Of a stretch of 64,000 nt of DNA, positions 20,427 to 26,460 are shown in pieces. The notes below the pieces were generated by a model that saw only the letters and a list, made by a program, of their open reading frames with translations, searched no databases and was not told the DNA's origin. Numbering within the stretch: the stretch's first letter is position 1; the number at the start of each line of letters is the position of its first letter. Both the position numbers and the translations under genes were made by a program. Origin of the DNA: an uncultured Phycisphaerales bacterium (GTDB lineage Bacteria; Planctomycetota; Phycisphaerae; Tepidisphaerales; Tepidisphaeraceae); NCBI GenBank assembly GCA_963755915.1, contig CAVWLP010000002.1, positions 3,680,001 through 3,744,000 of the forward strand, written 5' to 3'.

Positions 20427-20510
20427 GGAGGGTTGGCCGAACGGTAAGGCATCCGTCTCGAAAACGGACATGGCGCACGCGCCTTGGGGGTTCGAATCCC
20501 TCACCCTCCT
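20427..20510 (+). tRNA. tRNA-Ser(CGA)
   Basis: TCCGT-ctcgaaa-ACGGA; long variable arm. Confidence 0.9.
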
Positions 20511-20563
20511 TCCGACTCGCGCAGAGCGCTCGGCCTGCCGTGAGCGAGCGCAGCGAGTCGAAC

Positions 20564-20652
20564 GGAGGGTTGGCAGAGTGGCCTAACGCGCCGGGTTGCT
20601 AACTCGGAAGGCTTTGAAAAGGGCCTCGAAGGTTCGAATCCTTCACCCTCCG
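20564..20652 (+). tRNA. tRNA-Ser(GCT)
   Basis: CCGGG-ttgctaa-CTCGG; long variable arm. Confidence 0.9.
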
Positions 20653-20692
20653 CTGGATTTTGGGCGGTACGAAAATGGTTCGTCCCGCGAAG

Positions 20693-20705
20693 TGTTCTTT
20701 GACAA
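20693..20705 (+). promoter_or_regulatory. boxA-like antitermination sequence
   Basis: TGTTCTTTGACAA, preceded by a small hairpin ACGAA-aatgg-TTCGT. Confidence 0.5.
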
Positions 20706-20719
20706 TCAGGTGGCGTATT

Positions 20720-20792
20720 GCCGTCATAGCTCAGCGGAATGAGCGTCCGGTTGTCAACCGGAAGGCCATGGGTTCAACCCCCATTGACGGCG
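20720..20792 (+). tRNA. tRNA-Asp(GTC)
   Basis: TCCGG-ttgtcaa-CCGGA. Confidence 0.88.
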
Positions 20793-20797
20793 TTTTT

Positions 20798-20868
20798 GTG
20801 GATTCAGCTCCAAGGTAGAGCGGGGGCCTGAAGAGCCCCAGGGCTTGGTTCGATTCCAGGAGTCCACA
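20798..20868 (+). tRNA. tRNA-Phe(GAA)
   Basis: GGGGC-ctgaaga-GCCCC; acceptor GTGGATT/AGTCCAC. Confidence 0.82.
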
Positions 20869-20878
20869 TTGAAGCGAT

Positions 20879-20949
20879 GCGTCGGTAGTTCAGCGGTCGA
20901 ACACCGCTATGCCAATGCGGAGGCCCGGGTTCTATTCCCGGCCGGCGCA
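20879..20949 (+). tRNA. tRNA-Gly(GCC)
   Basis: CCGC-t-atgccaa-t-GCGG; T loop TTCTATT. Confidence 0.8.
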
Positions 20950-20962
20950 CTGAGATTGACGA

Positions 20963-21034
20963 GCAGTGATAACTCAGCCGGGAGAGTGCCGGTCTTCCAA
21001 ACCGGAGACGTGGGTTCGAATCCCGCTCACTGCA
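20963..21034 (+). tRNA. tRNA-Gly(TCC)
   Basis: CCGGT-cttccaa-ACCGG. Confidence 0.9.
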
Positions 21035-21049
21035 TAATGCGAGTTTGAT

Positions 21050-21122
21050 GCCGTGGTAGCTCAAAGGGTAGAGCGGTCGTCTCGTAAACGACAGATCGCC
21101 GGTTCGATCCCGGCCCGCGGCT
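21050..21122 (+). tRNA. tRNA-Thr(CGT)
   Basis: GTCGT-ctcgtaa-ACGAC. Confidence 0.92.
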
Positions 21123-21136
21123 CTTAGGGATATTCT

Positions 21137-21210
21137 GGGTGCGTAGCTCAATGGCGGAGCAGGGGCCTCATAAGCCCAAGGTTGTTGGTTCGAATCCAAC
21201 CGTTCACCCA
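21137..21210 (+). tRNA. tRNA-Met/Ile2(CAT)
   Basis: GGGC-ctcataa-GCCC; two extra bases in the 3' acceptor strand. Confidence 0.75.
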
Positions 21211-21227
21211 TTTTTAGAAACTTTTAT

Positions 21228-21300
21228 ACAGGGATAGTTCAATCGGTAGAACGCTCGGCTCTGAACCGGGTTGCTGGAGGTTCGAATCCTTCTCCCTGAA
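21228..21300 (+). tRNA. tRNA-Gln(CTG)
   Basis: CTCGG-ctctgaa-CCGGG. Confidence 0.88.
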
Positions 21301-21301
21301 C

Positions 21302-21374
21302 TGAGCCGTAGTTCAATCGGTAGCAATGCCGGTCTTTGAATCCGGCGATCGTGGTTCGAATCCACGCGGCTCAA
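21302..21374 (+). tRNA. tRNA-Gln(TTG)
   Basis: CCGG-t-ctttgaa-t-CCGG; acceptor TGAGCCG/CGGCTCA. Confidence 0.85.
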
Positions 21375-21384
21375 ATACCTTAAT

Positions 21385-21458
21385 ACCTTCGTGGTGGAAT
21401 TGGTACCACACTCGGTTGTTACCCGATGAGATTGCAGGTTCGAATCCTGCCGAAGGTG
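21385..21458 (+). tRNA. tRNA-Asn(GTT)
   Basis: TCGG-ttgttac-CCGA; acceptor ACCTTCG/CGAAGGT. Confidence 0.82.
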
Positions 21459-21480
21459 TTAGCGGAGCGAGACGCTCCGC

Positions 21481-21559
21481 TAGAAGGTAGAAAGTAGAGA
21501 GTAGAAAGTAGACTGAAATCCCGTCTTCCCTACTTTGTACTTTCTACTCTCAACTTTCT
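21481..21559. repeat. Inverted pair of heptamer tandem repeats
   Basis: (GTAGAAA/GTAGAGA)n followed by complementary (TACTTTC/TACTCTC)n. Confidence 0.7.
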
Positions 21560-21570
21560 CGCGCAGCGCC

Positions 21571-21642
21571 GCTCTCGTCGTCTAATGGTCAGGATAACCG
21601 GCCTTCAACCGGAGAGTGTGGGTTCGATTCCCTCCGGGAGCA
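21571..21642 (+). tRNA. tRNA-Glu(TTC)
   Basis: CCGG-ccttcaa-CCGG; acceptor GCTCTCG/CGGGAGC. Confidence 0.82.
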
Positions 21643-21656
21643 CTGCAAGTTCAATT

Positions 21657-21730
21657 CAGCGTGTGGCGAAGCTTGGCATCGCGCGTGCCTCGGGCGCACG
21701 AGATCGAAGGTTCGAATCCTTCCACGCTGA
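21657..21730 (+). tRNA. tRNA-Pro(CGG)
   Basis: CGTGC-ctcgggc-GCACG; C1-G72. Confidence 0.9.
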
Positions 21731-21740
21731 CTGTTTTAGC

Positions 21741-21825
21741 GCGTAGGTCGCATAACTGGCATTGCAGCGGGCTGTAACCCCGCCGACCCAACGGGTTTTT
21801 GGGGGTTCAAATCCCTCCCTACGCA
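21741..21825 (+). tRNA. tRNA-Tyr(GTA)
   Basis: GCGGG-ctgtaac-CCCGC; long variable arm. Confidence 0.88.
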
Positions 21826-21846
21826 TTGCGGCCAGAGGCCGCGAAC

Positions 21847-21919
21847 GCGCCGGCTGTTCCAGCGGTGGAACGCCCGCCTCCAAATCGGGAAACGGCAGGT
21901 TCGATCCCTGCCCGGCGCT
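21847..21919 (+). tRNA. tRNA-Trp(CCA)
   Basis: CCCG-c-ctccaaa-t-CGGG; acceptor GCGCCGG/CCGGCGC. Confidence 0.8.
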
Positions 21920-21929
21920 GAAACTTTTT

Positions 21930-22001
21930 GAGGATGTGGCCGAATGGCAAGGCGCGGGTCTGCAAAGCCTGCTGATGCTGGTTCGAATCCAGTCATCCTC
22001 T
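21930..22001 (+). tRNA. tRNA-Cys(GCA)
   Basis: CGGGT-ctgcaaa-GCCTG; U73. Confidence 0.88.
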
Positions 22002-22003
22002 TT

Positions 22004-22078
22004 GTGGCCGTAGCTCAACTGGATCAGAGCACCGGGATGTGGCCCCGGTCGTTGTGAGTTCAAATCTCACCGGTCACC
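22004..22078 (+). tRNA. tRNA-His(GTG), no encoded G-1
   Basis: CCGGG-atgtggc-CCCGG; C73; preceding base is T. Confidence 0.88.
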
Positions 22079-22124
22079 CTGAAAAAATACGCCCCCTGTT
22101 GTCGGTTTGTGAAAGGAGTTTGAG

Positions 22125-22385
22125 ATGACGCGTGCAACGCAATTTGACGTTTTGCCGGCCGATGTCGGCGCCGCAAGCGTTGCGGTGATTCACGTTCGGT
22201 TTGCCGGACAAAGCTTTGACGTTCCGCTGGCGAGCCTGGATGTCGGCGTCCAAAGCGCTGACGGCGCCATCAGGGCAGCCGTGGCCAACTGGCTGAGAGT
22301 GTCGCCGGCCCGTCTGGAGGCCTATGTGATCGACCGCCATGCCAACGGCAATCTGACGATTCGTCCCGAAGCGGTTTTCGGATGA
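22125..22385 (+). CDS. Small protein ending in Gly, putative ubiquitin-like/beta-grasp protein
   Basis: AAAGGAG RBS; 86 aa with beta-beta-alpha-beta pattern; ends IRPEAVFG-stop; ThiF gene in the same cluster. The CDS is solid, the fold is inferred. Confidence 0.65.
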   Translation: MTRATQFDVLPADVGAASVAVIHVRFAGQSFDVPLASLDVGVQSADGAIRAAVANWLRVSPARLEAYVIDRHANGNLTIRPEAVFG

Positions 22386-22397
22386 ATCGTGTTGCCG

Positions 22398-22564
22398 TGC
22401 CGCGGCCGGGACGCCGGGATCGCACCCAACGCCAGAAGCTTACAAACAAGGTTGGCACGGCGGGCAACCGCTGTGCCAGGGGTGCGAATCCCCCCAGAGG
22501 TCCTGGTTAGGACCGCAACAGATGCTTTTGTGACTCGTGCGATCGCGGCGTCCCGGCCGCGGCA
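22398..22564 (+). ncRNA. Y RNA-like structured RNA, copy 1
   Basis: Ends pair over ~27 bp (TGCCGCGGCCGGGACGCCG.GATCGCAC / GTGCGATC.CGGCGTCCCGGCCGCGGCA); CCAACG..AAGCTTACAAAC motif; internal T-arm-like GGGG-tgcgaat-CCCC. Confidence 0.7.
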
Positions 22565-22589
22565 AAATTCAGGAGTTTTATGGATCGAG

Positions 22590-22772
22590 ATCGGCCGCCT
22601 GCGAATTGCGGCCCGCGCCCAACGATTGGAGCATACAAACTGGTTGCTTGTGGGGATCATTTTCCCGCAATGAAGGTTCGAATCCTTCCACCCCGTCTTT
22701 GAAGAACTGTGCGGGGTGCGAAAATATTTGCTCCCGCAACTTGCGCGAACCGCAATTCGCCGGCGATCCGAT
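22590..22772 (+). ncRNA. Y RNA-like structured RNA, copy 2
   Basis: Outer stem GCGAATTGCGG/CCGCAATTCGC; CCAACG..GAGCATACAAAC; T arm GAAGG-ttcgaat-CCTTC followed by loop-closed stem CACCCCG/CGGGGTG. Confidence 0.72.
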
Positions 22773-22804
22773 TGGAACTTAATCACGGAGACGCCGCCAA
22801 AACA

Positions 22805-22970
22805 TTCTGCAGTACACGCCGTACCCAACGGCGCGAGCATACAAACGTTGCTAACGTAGAGGTTACGGGTTCGAGTCCCGTCAGGCCAGCTTTCAATCAT
22901 TCGGGCCTGTAGCTCAATGGTAGAGCGCTAAAAAGTGGCTCATGCGACTTGTATGGCGTGTTCTGCGGAT
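22805..22970 (+). ncRNA. YrlA-like RNA with circularly permuted tRNA domain, copy 3
   Basis: Outer stem CACGCCGTAC/GTATGGCGTG; T arm ACGGG-ttcgagt-CCCGT, then loop-closed acceptor CAGGCC/GGCCTG, then D arm TA-GCTC-aatggta-GAGC. Confidence 0.8.
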
Positions 22971-22987
22971 TTTATGAAAGGAAGAGA

Positions 22988-23163
22988 TCGATTCGCCGAT
23001 GCCGCGCCTGCACCCAACGGCAGGAGCATACAAACTTGCGGGTTCGAATCCCGCCATTTGCGAATGCAAATGACGTCCATTTGGAAGGACACCTGACTCA
23101 CAATCAGGCGTTTAACAACGCACAGCTCGTGTGACTTGTGCGGGCGCGGCGCCGGTGAATCGA
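22988..23163 (+). ncRNA. Y RNA-like RNA with a permuted tRNA retaining an anticodon-like arm, copy 4
   Basis: Outer stem GCCGCGCCTGCAC/GTGCGGGCGCGGC; T arm, acceptor hairpin CATTTGC-gaat-GCAAATG, D arm GTCC/GGAC, arm CCTGA-ctcacaa-TCAGG. Confidence 0.75.
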
Positions 23164-23185
23164 CTTGACGGAAAGGAGCAGCACC

Positions 23186-24835
23186 ATGACGAACATGAAC
23201 GCACACCTCACGACCGAACAGGACGCACGTCTCCGGCTGCTGAACACGCTGCTGACGACGCCGCACCGCAAGCTCCAGAAAGTTCACCCGGTGCATGAAG
23301 AAATCGCGGCCAACGATCCGCGCTTCTACGTGCGCCTCGCTTCCTGGTACTTCGACCACGGCGACGTTCGCGACCACAAGGAAATGTTCGTGGTTTCGCT
23401 GGTTTTGAGCGATTTCGAAGGACACCGCGACGTTGGATTGGCCCTGCTGCGCCAGCTCCCGCCGTACGAAGTGGGGCGGGTGCTGGACTTCATCAACGGC
23501 CGCAAGACAACCCGTAAGGTGATCGTGCGCACTCGCAAGGCGCGCAAGGACCGCGCGGCTGCGAAGGCTCAGCCGGGCCTGATCAATCGAATCGCGCGCC
23601 TGGTGACGGGAAACGCCGCGGAATCGGCGGAAGCCGGGCCGACCGAAGCAGCGCCGGCGCCGGAAATCAAGCTGGTGACGGAAACCTTCGGGCTCTTCCG
23701 CAACCCGCCGCGCTCGCTACGGACGGAAATCGTCCGCTACCTGCGTGAACGCGAAGCCGACGGCGAATGGTTCGACAGCACCGTGCTCGTTGCCCGCAAG
23801 GCGATCAAGCGGCTGTACGCGCTGAACCACGTGAAGCCGGGTGATCGCGCCCAGCGGATCCTCTTCGACGAAGATCCGCCGGCCGGCAGCCGGATTTACG
23901 CTTTGCGCAAGCTCGCCGCCGCAACCACGCCGGCGGAGCAGGCGCAGGCGATTATCGACAACGCGATTCCGTATCGAGTCGCCCAGTCGGTCGTCAAGCA
24001 GATGACGCCGACGATTCTGCTGGCCCTGATCGAGCGGATGAGCCCTCAGGAACTGATTAACAACGTCGCCTCGCTGACGAAGCGCGGCGCGATGGACAAT
24101 CCGGACCTGAAGGCGTTGATCGACCAGAAGCTTGAGCAGGCCCAAACGGCCCAGCGGGTTAGCGGGCTCAAGGCGCAGAAGGCGATTGAGTCGGCCGGCG
24201 CAACGGTGTCGCCGGACGTGAAGGCGAAGCTCGAAAGCGTCGCCGACGCGCAGATCAAGGCTAAGGGCCGGATCGACCGTCCCACGGCGCTGCTCATCGA
24301 CAAGTCGGGCTCGATGTCGCTGGCGATTGAACTCGGCAAGCGCATCGGCGCCCTGATTTCCGCGATCTGCCGCGCGGAGCTCTTCGTCTACGCGTTCGAC
24401 ACGATGGCTTACCCCATCGAGCGCGGCGGCGACGACCTTGCTTCGTGGGAAAAGGCGCTGGTTGGCATCAAGGCCGGCGGCGGAACGAGCTGCGGAGTCG
24501 CCGTCGAGGCGATGCGCATCCGCAAGCAGTACGTCGAGCAGATCATTCTCGTCACCGACGAGGGTGAAAACACGGCGCCGCTGTTTGTGCCCACGCTGCA
24601 GAAGTACCGGGAAACGGTCAAGGCCGTTCCCAACATCTGCATCGTTCGCGTCCCGCGCAGCGTGACGACGGTTGAGTCGAATTGCCGCGCGGCTGGTTTG
24701 ATGGTCGATGTGTTCCAGTTCGCCGGCGACTACTACTCGCTGCCGAACCTGGCGCCGCTCCTGAGCAAGCCGAGCAAGCTCGAATTGCTCATGGAGATCC
24801 TGGAGTACCCTCTGCCGAAGCGGAGGTCGGCGTAA
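23186..24835 (+). CDS. Alpha-helical + vWA domain protein, probable divergent Ro60/TROVE-like RNA-binding protein
   Basis: AAAGGAG RBS before ATG 23186; C-terminal vWA with MIDAS DKSGS, GGGTS, VTDEGEN; basic helical N-terminal region; directly follows the Y RNA-like repeats. Confidence 0.75.
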   Translation: MTNMNAHLTTEQDARLRLLNTLLTTPHRKLQKVHPVHEEIAANDPRFYVRLASWYFDHGDVRDHKEMFVVSLVLSDFEGHRDVGLALLRQLPPYEVGRVLDFINGRKTTRKVIVRTRKARKDRAAAKAQPGLINRIARLVTGNAAESAEAGPTEAAPAPEIKLVTETFGLFRNPPRSLRTEIVRYLREREADGEWFDSTVLVARKAIKRLYALNHVKPGDRAQRILFDEDPPAGSRIYALRKLAAATTPAEQAQAIIDNAIPYRVAQSVVKQMTPTILLALIERMSPQELINNVASLTKRGAMDNPDLKALIDQKLEQAQTAQRVSGLKAQKAIESAGATVSPDVKAKLESVADAQIKAKGRIDRPTALLIDKSGSMSLAIELGKRIGALISAICRAELFVYAFDTMAYPIERGGDDLASWEKALVGIKAGGGTSCGVAVEAMRIRKQYVEQIILVTDEGENTAPLFVPTLQKYRETVKAVPNICIVRVPRSVTTVESNCRAAGLMVDVFQFAGDYYSLPNLAPLLSKPSKLELLMEILEYPLPKRRSA

Positions 24836-24838
24836 TTC

Positions 24839-24870
24839 AGCGGCGCGGCTCAAAAAGCCCGCGCCGCTTT
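24839..24870 (+). terminator. Possible intrinsic terminator or processing hairpin
   Basis: AGCGGCGCGG-ctcaaaagc-CCGCGCCGCT followed by a short T run. Confidence 0.45.
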
Positions 24871-24884
24871 TGGAAGGTCGTTAT

Positions 24885-25586
24885 ATGCGCTCGGACATGG
24901 CCAAAGTAATCGTGGAACGGCCCCGCAGAGGCGGCGGAATCCGTTATCCGCGCAGTCACCCGGATTCCCATCGATTGGACATCGAGGATTTCCGCAGTCG
25001 CCAGGGCATGCGCCGGCCGTGGCTCAGTTCCCACGCAAAGGGATTGAATGAAAACCTCGCGCCCCTGGAGCGCTATCTGCGAACCCACGTGGGCCGCCCG
25101 TGGGATGACATTTACAGCGAGATTTGCGAGCACATGAATCGCAATTCCGCCGTTCAACTGCACATCTGGCAGCACCTAATGCAATTTGTCTGCAGAGATG
25201 TTTATGTCACGCTCGGTTTGGTCAAGCCGTCATGGTGGCACGGCGCGGGAAGGTTTTATGTCGACCCGAGCACGGGAATATTGCGCGAAAATCTGTTCAG
25301 GTGGCGCTACCGGCGGCCCGAACCGAAGCCCGATCCAAACCGCGTTCCAGCGAGCGAGGATATCGAATATCGGCGAATTGAGGGCATCTGGTATGAATTG
25401 CGCTTGGCGCCGATTCCGAAGTTTCGCATCGGCTACGACTTCGCGATCAGAAAACATCTGACCGAAATCAGCGACGATCTCCTTCACAAGTTTTACGACC
25501 GACAGGTTTACGCCGCGAGGAAACGCCAATTGAACAAGAAAGAAATCAGAAAACTTGGACTGACAACGGCAGGGACAAAATCTTGA
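24885..25586 (+). CDS. Basic hypothetical protein (MRSDMAKVIVERPR...)
   Basis: Arg/Lys-rich ORF whose stop overlaps the next start; LNENLAPLERYLRTHVGRPWDDIYSEI. Confidence 0.75.
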   Translation: MRSDMAKVIVERPRRGGGIRYPRSHPDSHRLDIEDFRSRQGMRRPWLSSHAKGLNENLAPLERYLRTHVGRPWDDIYSEICEHMNRNSAVQLHIWQHLMQFVCRDVYVTLGLVKPSWWHGAGRFYVDPSTGILRENLFRWRYRRPEPKPDPNRVPASEDIEYRRIEGIWYELRLAPIPKFRIGYDFAIRKHLTEISDDLLHKFYDRQVYAARKRQLNKKEIRKLGLTTAGTKS

Positions 25587-26440
25587 AAAAGGAACTTCTT
25601 CAAACTCTTAAGAATCTTGCTGCCGCGGAGAATGCGTTCGTCGACATCGAATTCCTCGCCCCGGTCCTGCGCGGCTCCGGCGTCGCGGTAAAAATTGCCG
25701 GGGTCCGCTGCAACGTCGCGATTGATCCGCCCGATTTCCAGGGCTGGGGTGTCTTTCGCGCCGATTCCCTGACGAGCGCCGCTTTGCTTCGCGAAGCGAC
25801 CCCCACGCAGCGGCGAAACTATCTGCGTCTGCTTCCCTCGGTCCGCCTAATCGTTTGTGGCGGAAAGGCGAGCACTGCGATGGCCCTTCCCGCCAATCCC
25901 TCGGACACGCGCTTCTATTTTGCGGGACCGGTCTTTGTGCAGCTTTGCCCGAAAATCGATTTGTTCACGACGATAATGTGCCGGTTCTATGCCGCTCAAT
26001 TTTGGTTCGACAGTCTGGATTCGCGCACTGATCCCGCCGCCGCAGCGTACTTGCGGCGTGAACTGACGAACATGACCGAACCGAAAAATCTTTCCCGTAG
26101 GGGCGTAACCCGTGGCGAGCGATTCGCCTACGCCTTTGAATTTTCGCGCCGCGCCAGCGCAATTCTCGCCGACCGGCGGCATCGCGCCGACGTCCGCCTA
26201 AAGCAGGCGCTGGCCCATGCCGGCGCCATCCTGACCGATTTTTCCGAAGACCACGATTTGTTTCGCGTCGCTTATTTGGTCGACGGCCGCCGTCATCTGA
26301 GCAACGTGCGCAAGGACGATCTCACAGTTCAATCCGCCGGCATTTGCCTCGCCGGCCAGGACCGGAATTTCGATCTCGCGAGCCTGGTAGGAGTCCTTCG
26401 CGAGGGCGATTCCATGTCCAGATTTCCCCGCCGGCGGTAA
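25583..26440 (+). CDS. Hypothetical protein
   Basis: 285-aa ORF translationally coupled to the upstream gene; C-terminal AGICLAGQDRNFDLASLVGVLREG. Confidence 0.75.
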   Translation: MKKELLQTLKNLAAAENAFVDIEFLAPVLRGSGVAVKIAGVRCNVAIDPPDFQGWGVFRADSLTSAALLREATPTQRRNYLRLLPSVRLIVCGGKASTAMALPANPSDTRFYFAGPVFVQLCPKIDLFTTIMCRFYAAQFWFDSLDSRTDPAAAAYLRRELTNMTEPKNLSRRGVTRGERFAYAFEFSRRASAILADRRHRADVRLKQALAHAGAILTDFSEDHDLFRVAYLVDGRRHLSNVRKDDLTVQSAGICLAGQDRNFDLASLVGVLREGDSMSRFPRRR

Positions 26441-26460
26441 TCTGATTTCGAGGACGCTAC

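Larger units (their letters stand above)
19152..22078 (+). other. tRNA gene array, 28 co-oriented tRNA genes
   Basis: 28 cloverleaves folded by hand, short spacers, none with encoded CCA. Confidence 0.93.

Noticed and set aside
19574-22912. ORF-track calls overlapping the tRNA array and ncRNAs (e.g. 19835-20125, 20804-21211, 22322-22900, 22389-22673)
   Set aside because: They are shadow translations of structured RNA genes with no protein-like features
22398-23163. GAGCATACAAAC repeats as a CRISPR array
   Set aside because: The repeats are short and degenerate, spaced ~190-205 nt apart, embedded in long fold-back structures, and there are no cas genes
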